Positions 1 to 8,644 of a DNA stretch of 64,000 nucleotides are shown piece by piece. The DNA is from Deltaproteobacteria bacterium (GTDB lineage: Bacteria > Myxococcota_A > Polyangia > GCA-2747355 > JADLHG01), in the NCBI GenBank assembly GCA_020848905.1, contig JADLHG010000020.1, positions 8,230 through 72,229 of the forward strand. Reading direction: 5' to 3'. The position numbers and the translations under genes are program-made. The notes below the pieces were generated by a model. That model saw only the letters and a list, made by a program, of their open reading frames with translations, made no database searches and was not told where the DNA came from. How positions within the stretch are numbered: position 1 is the first letter of the stretch; each line of letters begins with the position of its first letter.

Positions 1-92
1 GCGTTCTTCGAGTCCTGGGCGGAGCCTTCAAACGGACGGGGTACCTCTGCCGGGCCGCGGCCTCGGCGGTGCTCCTCGGGATCATCGAGACC

Positions 93-1226
93 ATGAGCAG
101 CCGGCGAGGGCGCATGGTCCTCGGGCTCCTCGCGCTGGTCGGGCTCGGCGTGGCCGTGACCCTGAGCCGGCCGGTGCGCACCATCGAGCCGGGGGAGGTA
201 GGCCTGCGCGTGAACCGCGTGACCGGGGGGGTCTCGCAGCTCCACGAAGGCTGGGCGCTCGTACTCCCCGGCGTGCACCAGCTCCGCCGCTACCCGCTGC
301 GCGACCAGATCTACCAGCCCGCCGGGAGCGCGCGGTCGAAGGGGCGCTCCCCCTTCCAGTCGGTGGAGGGGCTGTCGGTCGGCGTGGAGGTGACCGTGCG
401 CTACGCCCTCGACCCCGAGCGCGTGGAACGGGTCGCGCGCGCCCTCCCCGAGGACGTGAGCACGCAGCTCATCCGGCCGGTGATCGACGGCGTGCTGCAC
501 CGCACCTTCGCGCGTCACACCGTGCGCGAAATCTTCTCCGGCAAGCGGGCCGAGATCGAGCGCCACGTGCGCGGCGAGCTGACGGCGCTGCTCGGCAAGG
601 ACGGCGTGACGGTGAAGGACGTATTCCTCGGCAACGTGGACCTGCCGGCCGAGTACCGTCGCGGGCTCGAGGGGCTCCTCGGCGAGGGGCTGCGCGCCGA
701 GAAGATGCGCTACACGCTCGAGCTGAAGCAGAAGCAGCTCAAGCAGACGGAGATCGAGGCGCTCGGGGAGAAGCTCAAGCGCGAGAAGGCCGCGGAGGCC
801 GCCGGGCAGGAGCAGATCATCGCCGCGCGCGCGCGGGCCGAGGCGATGAAGCACGTGCTGCCGCTCAAGCAGAAGGAGATCGAGCAGCGGCGCCTCGAGG
901 CGGAGGCCTCGAAGGTCACGCGGCTCAAACAGGCCGAAGCGGACGCCGAGGCGCGGCGCATCGAATCGCGGGGCGAGGCCGACTCGCGCCGCCGGCTGGC
1001 CGACGCCGAGGCGTATCGCCTGGACGTGACGGGCAAGGCGCAGTCGGCGCAGCTCGCCCGCGACGGGGTGCTCATCGCCAAGAACCCGCTGCTCATCCAG
1101 AAGACCCTGGCCGACAAGCTGTCGGACAAGATCCAGGTGATCATCGCGCCGCCGAGCAAGGACTTCTTCGGCAACGACCTGCTCGGCCTCCCCTCCACGC
1201 GCACCGCGGCGAGGGGTGACAAATGA
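93..1226 (+). CDS. SPFH/band-7 (prohibitin/HflKC-like) domain protein with a coiled-coil C-terminal region
   Basis: ORF 69..1226. It has an N-terminal hydrophobic segment, then an SPFH-like core (EVGLRVNRVTGGV...VTVRYALDP...EIERHVRGEL...VKDVFLGNVDLPAEY), then a long K/E/A/R-rich coiled-coil tail. Start is ambiguous between M69, M93 and M114. Its stop overlaps the next gene's ATG (ATGA). Confidence 0.7.
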   Translation: MSSRRGRMVLGLLALVGLGVAVTLSRPVRTIEPGEVGLRVNRVTGGVSQLHEGWALVLPGVHQLRRYPLRDQIYQPAGSARSKGRSPFQSVEGLSVGVEVTVRYALDPERVERVARALPEDVSTQLIRPVIDGVLHRTFARHTVREIFSGKRAEIERHVRGELTALLGKDGVTVKDVFLGNVDLPAEYRRGLEGLLGEGLRAEKMRYTLELKQKQLKQTEIEALGEKLKREKAAEAAGQEQIIAARARAEAMKHVLPLKQKEIEQRRLEAEASKVTRLKQAEADAEARRIESRGEADSRRRLADAEAYRLDVTGKAQSAQLARDGVLIAKNPLLIQKTLADKLSDKIQVIIAPPSKDFFGNDLLGLPSTRTAARGDK

Positions 1227-2647
1227 CGTGGCTCGCGGTGCTCACGGTGGCGCTCGTCGCGCAGGATCAGACTCCGCTCCTCGCCGCCGCCGAGGAGCGG
1301 GCCCCGCGCCAGGCGACGCTCTGGCCCGGCGACTGGCTGGAGGTGCGCGGCGCGCGGCGCGACTATTTGCAGGTCTACGACCACCGGCACGAGCGTCCGG
1401 GGTACGTGCACCGCCGCTTGGTCAGGGCCTACGAGGCGACCGAGGCTGCCGCGCCGAGGCTGCGGGCGGTGATCGAGTTCCTCAGGGAGCAAGCGGGGGG
1501 CGAGGCGCTCGGGATCGGCTACGTCGCGCTCTACCTCAAGGTAGCGCCGCGGAGCGCGCTCGACGCGGAGGTCTTCTCGGCGCTCGGCACCTTCGCCCAG
1601 CGGCTCGCGTACCGGGCGTCGGCGGAGCGCACGAAACGCGGGCAGGACTCGCTCGGCGCGCACCTCGACGTGGCGCGGAGCTACGGCGTGCGTCTCGCGA
1701 GCTTCGAGAGCGACGGTCGCACGCGCACCTGCTACGACGGCGAGGCCTTCCGGCGGGTCCTGGCCTTCAAGGCCCCGCCCGAGCTGAAGGCGCGGGCGGC
1801 GCTCGCGGTGACCGACCCCGCGTGCGTGCACCCCGAGCTCGGGCCGCGCGAACGGCGCACGGTCCTCGAATGGTCGGCCGCGCTCCTCGATAAGGTGGAC
1901 CCGCTCGCGCTGCCGGCCTACCTCGGTAACCGGCTGCGATTGCGGAGCGCGCGCGTGGCCGCGGAGCTGGCCTTCGAGCTGGCCCGCGCGGGCGATCGCG
2001 CGGCAGGAGCCAAACGGGCTGAGGCGGCGCTCGCCTCGCTCTTGCGCGTGGATCGCCGCGAGCTCGCCGAGGCGGATCTCTTCGCGTACGAGGAGACCCG
2101 GGTGCAGGTGGGCACGAGCCGCTACCTGCGCGGGGCCAGGGCGTCGCGACCGGGGCGTGGGCTCGCGCTGCGGCTCGAGCCGCGGGGTCCCGGCGAGACC
2201 TGCGTCAGGCTCTACGCGCGCGGTCGGACGAACGCGAAGGCGGCCGCTCCGCTCGTCGAACGCTGCACGCACGGGCTCGTGCACGCGGCCTCGGCGCGGG
2301 TGGCTCCGCGCGGCGAGCGGTTGGTCCTGGCCGTGCAACCGCTCGCCGGCTGGCTCGAGCTCTGGGTCTTTCAGCGGGGCGAGAAGGGCTTCCAGGTGGA
2401 CGTGGTGGTCCCCGCGACGACCGAGCCGCGCCTCGGGTACGTGGAGCTGGCGGGCTTTTCCCCCGACGGTGGGCGGCTCCTCCTGGCGCGCGAGGTGGTG
2501 GCCGGCCGGAGGTGGGAGCGGCGCTTCGAGGTGCTCGAGGTGGCCACGTTGGCGGTCAAGGAGCAGGGGGCGATGCTTCGCCGCGTGCCGACCTTCCGCC
2601 GCTGGTTCAGCCCCGAGTGGCGCGGCCAGACCCTGGCGCTCCGGTGA
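1223..2647 (+). CDS. hypothetical protein, translationally coupled to the SPFH gene
   Basis: 474-aa ORF with normal high-GC codon usage. A 4-bp ATGA overlap with the upstream gene suggests an operon. No recognisable motif. Confidence 0.55.
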   Translation: MTWLAVLTVALVAQDQTPLLAAAEERAPRQATLWPGDWLEVRGARRDYLQVYDHRHERPGYVHRRLVRAYEATEAAAPRLRAVIEFLREQAGGEALGIGYVALYLKVAPRSALDAEVFSALGTFAQRLAYRASAERTKRGQDSLGAHLDVARSYGVRLASFESDGRTRTCYDGEAFRRVLAFKAPPELKARAALAVTDPACVHPELGPRERRTVLEWSAALLDKVDPLALPAYLGNRLRLRSARVAAELAFELARAGDRAAGAKRAEAALASLLRVDRRELAEADLFAYEETRVQVGTSRYLRGARASRPGRGLALRLEPRGPGETCVRLYARGRTNAKAAAPLVERCTHGLVHAASARVAPRGERLVLAVQPLAGWLELWVFQRGEKGFQVDVVVPATTEPRLGYVELAGFSPDGGRLLLAREVVAGRRWERRFEVLEVATLAVKEQGAMLRRVPTFRRWFSPEWRGQTLALR

Positions 2648-2847
2648 GCGGCGGGCAAGCGGGCCTTCAGGGCGATCGCGTTCTCGGAAATGGAAGAGCC
2701 TGGGGAGGGCCTAGGGCGCTCGTGACGCGGGCCCTGGCGGACGCCGCCCCCCTCCATACCCCCATGTCCGAGATCTCGACCGCCCTGAGCGGGCCTTGCG
2801 GCGGACTGTGCAAGCGACGGACCCTGCGTTAACGTAGCGCGCAGCTC

Positions 2848-4968
2848 ATGCACGCTCGCCAGCGCGACGACGATCTCCGGCTCGCACGAGGGCTGTTTGC
2901 GGTGCGAGGCCTCTTTCCGTGGGTTCTCCTTCTTACACTCGGGGGCTGTTCGGCCACGACGAGTCCACCGACGCCGCCGACCCCGGGTCCCGCGCGCGCG
3001 CGGGCGCTGCTCGGGGGGCAGCCCGGGGATAGCCCGTGGCCGTCGGACCTCTTCCTCGTCTCGGGCCGGCTGCGGGTGGAACCGCTGCCCTTCAAGGGGA
3101 GCCCGGCGGCGCTGGAGCGGCTCTCGGCGGCGCTCGGCGAGCTGGACGGCGCGCCGGTCCGCACCTCGATCTTCTTCTCCACCGACGGGGCGGGGACCCT
3201 CGCGTCCGGCCCGCAGTCGGGCGCGGTGCGCCTCTACGACCTGACGAGCGAGGCCCCCGCGAGCCCGCGGGAGCTTCCCCTGCACTATCGGGCGGAGACC
3301 CGGGAGCTCGTGGGCGTGATGCCCGCCGACCTCGTGCTCGAGGAGGGGCACCGCTACGCCGGGGTCGTGGACGAGACCTGGCTCGAACCCTCGTCGGCGA
3401 TGGCGCAGGCGCTCGCGGGTCAGGGCCCCTACGCGGCGGTCTACGCGCCGCTGCGGGCTCGCGCGCAGGCGCTCGGTCTCGACCTGTCGCACGTCGGCGC
3501 CGCGACGGTCTTCACGGTCGGTACGCCGAGCGCGCGCCTCGTCGCCCTGCGCCAGCAGCTCGGCGCGACCCCGCTGCCGAAGGCTCGTGTCACGCGCGTC
3601 ATCAAGGGGGCCGAGCTGGACGACTTCTTCGGCACTCCGAGCACCGCGCGCTCGGGCCTCGGCGACCCGAAGGGCGTCGTGCACGAGGCGATCGCCGCGG
3701 TGGTCCTCGGGACCTTCGAGGCGCCCTGGTACCTCTCGCGCTCCACGACGCAGCTCGGACGCATCGTCTACGACGCGACCGGCGCGGCGAAGCAGAACGG
3801 CACGACGGTGATTCCGTTTCTGCTCACGATTCCGAGGCGCCCCCCCGGTAGCACCGAGAAGGTGCCGCTCCTCATCTACCAGCACGGCCTCAATTCCGGG
3901 CGCGTCCAGGCCGCCGTCGTGGCGAACGACTACGCGCGCGCCGGCTACGCGACGATCGGCGCGGACGCCCTCTGGCATAGCGACCGGGCCTCGGGCGCGA
4001 CGGACCTCCTGCACAACCTGAGCGGTGCGGAGGGGCCCGACGGTCTCGCGGACCTGGACCCGCTCGGCGCGCTGACCGTCTTCTTCACCATCAAGGGGGA
4101 CGAGGCGGCCGGGATCGGCGCCTTCGACGGCCGCTACGTGCAGGACAACTTCCGCCAGGCGGTGGTGGAGCTCGGGCAGCTCGTGCGGCTGGCCAAGCTC
4201 GGGGACCTCTCGGCCGTGGCCGCGGCCGACGCGTCGCTGAAGGGGCTCGAGCTCGACGGGCGCCGCGTGGTCTACACCAGCGAGTCCTTCGGCTCGATCC
4301 TGGGCTCGATGCTCACCGCCGTGGACCCCGACCTCGAGGCCGCCGTCCTCTCCGTCGGTGGGGCGGGCCTCTTCCTCCCCATCTTCAGCAACTCTCCCTT
4401 CTTCTCGTCGCTCCTCGAGCTGCTCCTGCGCGGGACCTTCGATGCCCGGATCGAGCTCGGTCGCCCGGATCTGGTCCCCGCGGCGGCGCAGCGCTCGCTG
4501 AACCTCCTGCAGGCGGCGCTCGAGCCGGGCGATCCGGTGGTGTACGTGCGGCGCATCGCCCGCGCGCCGGTCGGGGCGCCGAAGTCGGTGCTCCTCTTTC
4601 AGGCCTATTCCGACGAGATCCTGCCGAACCAGGCCGGCGAGCTCCTCGCGAGCGCCGTCGGGGCGCCGGTGGTCGAGGTCCTCGGCCGCACCATGCCGCT
4701 ACGCTACGTGACCCTGCCCACCGTGAAGCCCCCCCTCAAGGCCAACCTGAACGGCGCCACGGTGGGGGTGCTGAACGTCGCCCCTGCGACCCACACCATG
4801 TACGTCGGCTTCAAGGGAGAGCACGCCTTCGCCTACGGCTTTCCGCCGATCCGGGCCCTCTCCGCGCCCGTGCCGGTGGATAACCCTACCGAGTGGGTGC
4901 ACGACGTGGCCCTGCGCTTCGCCGACAGCTTCCGCCGAGACGGCCTACCGACGATCTCCATTCCGTGA
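2848..4968 (+). CDS. secreted lipoprotein, alpha/beta-hydrolase (lipase/esterase-like) fold
   Basis: Lipoprotein signal (LLLTLGGC). An internal alpha/beta-hydrolase-like core contains LLIYQHGLNSGR and a nucleophile-elbow-like YTSESFGSILGS. Confidence 0.6.
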   Translation: MHARQRDDDLRLARGLFAVRGLFPWVLLLTLGGCSATTSPPTPPTPGPARARALLGGQPGDSPWPSDLFLVSGRLRVEPLPFKGSPAALERLSAALGELDGAPVRTSIFFSTDGAGTLASGPQSGAVRLYDLTSEAPASPRELPLHYRAETRELVGVMPADLVLEEGHRYAGVVDETWLEPSSAMAQALAGQGPYAAVYAPLRARAQALGLDLSHVGAATVFTVGTPSARLVALRQQLGATPLPKARVTRVIKGAELDDFFGTPSTARSGLGDPKGVVHEAIAAVVLGTFEAPWYLSRSTTQLGRIVYDATGAAKQNGTTVIPFLLTIPRRPPGSTEKVPLLIYQHGLNSGRVQAAVVANDYARAGYATIGADALWHSDRASGATDLLHNLSGAEGPDGLADLDPLGALTVFFTIKGDEAAGIGAFDGRYVQDNFRQAVVELGQLVRLAKLGDLSAVAAADASLKGLELDGRRVVYTSESFGSILGSMLTAVDPDLEAAVLSVGGAGLFLPIFSNSPFFSSLLELLLRGTFDARIELGRPDLVPAAAQRSLNLLQAALEPGDPVVYVRRIARAPVGAPKSVLLFQAYSDEILPNQAGELLASAVGAPVVEVLGRTMPLRYVTLPTVKPPLKANLNGATVGVLNVAPATHTMYVGFKGEHAFAYGFPPIRALSAPVPVDNPTEWVHDVALRFADSFRRDGLPTISIP

Positions 4969-6540
4969 GCCGCGCCGCTTCCCCGCGCCGCGAAGCGCCG
5001 CGCCGAGGAGCAGGGCCAGGAGGGCGGGGACGAGCCGCGCCTCCGGGTAGAGAGGGCCTCCGGGCGTCGTCGCGTCGCACCCGCAGCCTCCACCGGAGGC
5101 AGGGGAGCCAGCCCCCGCCTCGCCCGTCACGTGGTCGCCCCCTCCGCTGCTTGAGCCGCCGTCGGTGGGTCGAGGCGATCCATCGATATAGGCATCTCCG
5201 ACGGGTGCGCTCAGGTCAGCGGTAGGTCCCCCATCGGGAGTCCCCGCGGCGCCCGGCACGGTGATCATCATGATCGCGTTCGCCACCGGCCGCTCCGCGC
5301 CGTCCGACGGCACGTTCTTGACGGTCCCGTTCACCCACAGCGTGCTCGAGCCGCCGCCGTCCTGGTTGATGCCGTCCGTCGCCTGGAGCTCGTCTTTGCA
5401 GAACGCACCGAGCTCGGCCATGTTCATGCCCTTGCTGCGCGCCGAGCGGCCATCCACCACCACGAAGAAGACGTAGTCGGCGTTGTAGGCGATGGCGGTG
5501 CGCGGGTTCACGATCACGGCCCCTTGCTTGGCCGAGAGGTCCTGCACGACGCCGCCCTTGAGAAAGATCCAGTTGCCTCCCAGGCTGGCGTAGGCCTTGC
5601 TCCAGTCGACCCCGCCCGCTTGCTTGCAGCTCGGGTCGAAGGCGCTGACCTCCTGCGAGAGCTGGACCGTCTGTCCGACGGTGGCCTGGGCCAGCAGCGT
5701 GGTGGCGGCGTTGCCCGAGGCGGAGAGGACGACCTCGTTCGGCCCGAGCGGGGTGTTCCCCTGGTTCCGGCGCACCTCGAGCACCTTGCCGCTCACGCCG
5801 TTCGGCGACGGCACGATGAGGGCCGGCCGGTCCAGACGGACGCGCACCTCGGAGCCGGTGGCGGCGGTGCCCGTCGTGGTGGCCCAGTGCCGGGTGTAGA
5901 CCACGAGCTCGTTGTCCTTGCGCGCGCGGTTCAGGCCGGCGAGCGGCTGGGTCGGGCCCGTCGCGCCGTACCGCACGAGCTGCTTGTTCTTGTCGTGCTT
6001 GACGCACTCCCCGAGGAAGACGGTGCGGTCGAGCTTCCAGACGAAGCCCGAGTAGGCGGTGACGTCGTTGAAGCGCTTGGCGTACCAGCCGCCGACGATC
6101 TGGCCGCTCTCCGGCACGCCCGTGGTCAGGTCGAAGAAGTCCCCGTTGATCGCCGCGACCACCGTGTAGGGCTTGGCGTCGGACTCCCCCCAGTACCCGA
6201 CCGTGCCGTTCGTGCGCGCGGCCATGCTGGAGACCGTCTCGCGGCCGCTGGCGAGCGAGTCCTTGGCGATCGCCGTGTCCAGGATGGCGCGCGACTCCTT
6301 GCGGTCGAGGCGCGTGACGAAGGCGTCGTTCTCGCCGTTGACGCGGAAGGCGCGGTACTCGATCCCCACCCCCACCTTGGACCACTGCGCGAAGCTCGGG
6401 AAGGCGACGAGCGACGCGGCGAGAAAGCCCACCACGCGGAGGAAGGCGAGGGCGTTTCGCGGCGCCCGCTCCGCCCGGGCGGTCCCGGCGCGCGCCGCCC
6501 GGTTCGTGCCGCACTGCGGCGCTGGAGGGTCCTGGCTCAT
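4945..6540 (-). CDS. phosphodiester glycosidase family protein with a MYXO-CTERM-like C-terminal sorting tail
   Basis: Signal-like N-terminus (ALAFLRVVGFLAASLVAFPSFAQ). The central region resembles the phosphodiester glycosidase/NAGPA-like family (GATGPTQPLAG..., AIAYNADYVFFVVVDGRSARSKGMNMAELGAFCKDELQATDGINQDGGGSSTLWVNG). The C-terminus reads GGGCGCDATTPGG + hydrophobic helix + RGAGKRRGSR, which matches the MYXO-CTERM pattern. Confidence 0.65.
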   Translation of the reverse strand: MSQDPPAPQCGTNRAARAGTARAERAPRNALAFLRVVGFLAASLVAFPSFAQWSKVGVGIEYRAFRVNGENDAFVTRLDRKESRAILDTAIAKDSLASGRETVSSMAARTNGTVGYWGESDAKPYTVVAAINGDFFDLTTGVPESGQIVGGWYAKRFNDVTAYSGFVWKLDRTVFLGECVKHDKNKQLVRYGATGPTQPLAGLNRARKDNELVVYTRHWATTTGTAATGSEVRVRLDRPALIVPSPNGVSGKVLEVRRNQGNTPLGPNEVVLSASGNAATTLLAQATVGQTVQLSQEVSAFDPSCKQAGGVDWSKAYASLGGNWIFLKGGVVQDLSAKQGAVIVNPRTAIAYNADYVFFVVVDGRSARSKGMNMAELGAFCKDELQATDGINQDGGGSSTLWVNGTVKNVPSDGAERPVANAIMMITVPGAAGTPDGGPTADLSAPVGDAYIDGSPRPTDGGSSSGGGDHVTGEAGAGSPASGGGCGCDATTPGGPLYPEARLVPALLALLLGAALRGAGKRRGSRNGDRR

Positions 6541-6626
6541 CCCGGTTCCTTTCGAGGCGAGAGGCGGGAGTCCTGAGACCGGACCCGCCTCTCGTGCGTT
6601 TCACCTGCCAACGGAGGATACGTCCC

Positions 6627-7271
6627 ATGAAACGCGCCGCGTGTCTCGCTCTTGCCTTCGCCCTGGCTCCGGTTGCGGCGGAGGCCAGTTCCTTCAAGGC
6701 CTTGCCCGCCCTCGAGGGGCAGGCGACCCCGCTCAAGCTGCGCGTGCTGCGCTACAGCGGCGGTACGAACGGGGAGCTCGCCGTCGAGGTGCAGAACCCG
6801 ACCGACCAGTCGCAGACCTTCGTGGCACGCGGCCTCTACTTCGTCCCCGAGGGGGACCCCGACAAGGCGCCGCAGCGACTCGGGGCCGCGGGTCCGTTCG
6901 AGTGGCAGGACGCGCAGCAGAAGGCGCACTCGGGCAGCGAGCTGAAGCTGCGGCCGAAGCAGACCCTGCGGCTCAAGCTGCAGGTCTTCTGCATCGACTC
7001 GCACCGCGCGAGCCCCACCGCCGAGCACAGCTTCCGGCTCGGCAGCGCGCGGCTGCCGCGCGAGCTCGCGCAGGACATCGACCGCAAGGCGAAGGAGGCC
7101 GTGACGCGCAACAGGGGCGACTTCAAGGCCGCGCCGGCCAAGTCCGAGATCCAGCAGGAGGTCTGGAGCACGCGCAACAAGAAGTGGGTGCCGCTAGAGG
7201 GCGAGCGCAAGAACGAGCGCCCCGCGCCGAGCAAGACCCACCCCGTCCGGCATCAGCGCATTACGGAGTAG
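6627..7271 (+). CDS. hypothetical secreted protein
   Basis: A GGAGG motif lies 9 nt upstream of ATG 6627. Classical signal peptide MKRAACLALAFALAPVAAEA. K/R-rich C-terminus. Confidence 0.5.
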   Translation: MKRAACLALAFALAPVAAEASSFKALPALEGQATPLKLRVLRYSGGTNGELAVEVQNPTDQSQTFVARGLYFVPEGDPDKAPQRLGAAGPFEWQDAQQKAHSGSELKLRPKQTLRLKLQVFCIDSHRASPTAEHSFRLGSARLPRELAQDIDRKAKEAVTRNRGDFKAAPAKSEIQQEVWSTRNKKWVPLEGERKNERPAPSKTHPVRHQRITE

Positions 7272-7327
7272 CGCGGGGCTCGCGCGCCGCTACCTCGACG
7301 CGCGCGAGTAGCGCGGGGCTCGCGCGT

Positions 7328-8443
7328 CTACGGCGTCCCGTGCGCTCCCGCCATCGGGCCGCTGGGCTTGGGGGCGTAGAGGTCCGACGGGAAGGTTCCC
7401 TTCGGGTCCACGTGCAGGTTGCCGACGGCCCCCTTCGGCACGCGGAAGAGCGCGTGGTCGACCATGGTGTAGACCCCGGGCACGAGCGCGTCGAACTCGA
7501 AGACCGCGGCCGAGCCGGGCGGGACGAGCACCGTCTCTTCGTTGCGGAGAGGCGTTCCGAAGTGCCCCGTGAAGACCTGGTCGAAGATGGCCCCGATGAC
7601 GTGAAAGCTCGACGGGAGGTTCGGCCCCGCGTTGCCGAAGACGACGCGCACGCGCCCCCCTTGCGGGACGCGCATCCGCTCGCCGAAGAAGGCCGCGTCG
7701 GTGAGCGCGCTCTTGTGCCCGTTCCAGGTGAAGAGGAGCGGGTGCTCCGCGCTCGCCGCGGCCTCGTCGAGGACCAGCACGTCCTTCGGCATCGGAGCGT
7801 GCGCCGAGCTCCCCTCCTCCTCGTGCTCCTCCCCGCCGCCGCGCCCGAGGTACCACTCGCTCTGCACCACGTAGAGCTCGCGGTCCACCGAGGGTAGGCC
7901 CCCCGGCGGCTCGACGAGGATGGCCCCGTACATGCCGTACGCCAGGTGCTCCCAGGGCATCCCCTCGGCCGCGCAGTGATAGATGTAGGCCCCTTGCCGC
8001 GTGGCCTTGAAGCGCAGCTCGGCGGTCTTGCCGGGGGCCACCTCCGTGACCGCGTGCCCGCCGCCGGGGCCCACGACCGCGTGCAGGTCGATGCTGTGCG
8101 GCTCGCGACTGCCGGCCTCGTTCGTGAGGCGGAGGACGACGGTGTCGCCCTCCATCACGCGGATGAGGGGCCCGGGGATCTTGCCGTTGAAGGTCCAGAC
8201 CAGCGTCGGGCGGTCGGCACCCACGTCGGCGATGATCTCCTTGGTCACGAGGTCCACGTTCACCGTCGTGGGCGTCGTGCGCCGGATGACCGGCGGGAGC
8301 TCGAGCGGGTCTCTCATCACGCGCGCGGCCTGGCCGTGGGGCGCGTCGTAGCAGCCGGCGAATCCCGTCGCAACCAGCACGGCGCCCGCCAGCGCGTGAG
8401 CGAGGTGCGTCTTCCGATCGAAGGGGGTGTGACGTGCCGCCAT
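7328..8443 (-). CDS. nirK: copper-containing nitrite reductase (NirK), lipoprotein form
   Basis: Type-1/type-2 copper ligand motifs are conserved: HSIDLHAVVGPGGG (compare HNIDFHAATG) and YIYHCAAEGMPWEHLAYGMYGAILVEP (compare YVYHCAP.GMVPWHVVSGMNGAIMV). The N-terminus carries lipobox LVATGFAGC. Confidence 0.8.
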   Translation of the reverse strand: MAARHTPFDRKTHLAHALAGAVLVATGFAGCYDAPHGQAARVMRDPLELPPVIRRTTPTTVNVDLVTKEIIADVGADRPTLVWTFNGKIPGPLIRVMEGDTVVLRLTNEAGSREPHSIDLHAVVGPGGGHAVTEVAPGKTAELRFKATRQGAYIYHCAAEGMPWEHLAYGMYGAILVEPPGGLPSVDRELYVVQSEWYLGRGGGEEHEEEGSSAHAPMPKDVLVLDEAAASAEHPLLFTWNGHKSALTDAAFFGERMRVPQGGRVRVVFGNAGPNLPSSFHVIGAIFDQVFTGHFGTPLRNEETVLVPPGSAAVFEFDALVPGVYTMVDHALFRVPKGAVGNLHVDPKGTFPSDLYAPKPSGPMAGAHGTP

Positions 8444-8644
8444 GGTCCGTTCTCCTGTTACTGGTTACTGGCGCGAGACGTTTCGTGTCAAGCCAGGCGG
8501 TCTTCGCGCTGCGGCTCGCGGGGCGCTGTTTGTGGGCCGAGAGCCAGGGGAGCCCAGTTTTCTCGGAACCACCTGCCGCACGCCGCGTGTAAGGGTGGCG
8601 GACAAGAACTCGGGCCGAGCTCGGCGCCGCGCGAAGGAGAGACG

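Noticed and set aside
710-2338. 542-aa minus-strand ORF, very Arg/Ala/Pro/Gly-rich, overlapping the SPFH gene and the next gene
   Set aside because: Antisense to two well-supported genes. The composition is the typical artefact of an open frame in high-GC DNA.  The same reasoning applies to 2371..4014(-), 5216..6736(-), 5524..6576(+), 6173..7897(+), 8465..10177(-), 10532..11695(-), 11818..13077(-), 13446..14798(+), 15523..16773(+), 16865..18322(+), 17331..18881(-), 18972..19727(+), 21886..23811(+), 24403..26922(-), 24432..27221(+), 35653..37710(+), 35660..37435(-), 37888..38997(-), 42591..44795(-), 44359..46095(-), 46128..48197(-), 49502..51130(+), 50797..52050(+), 52936..56205(+), 56227..59895(+), 59905..62841(+) and 60203..63139(-).
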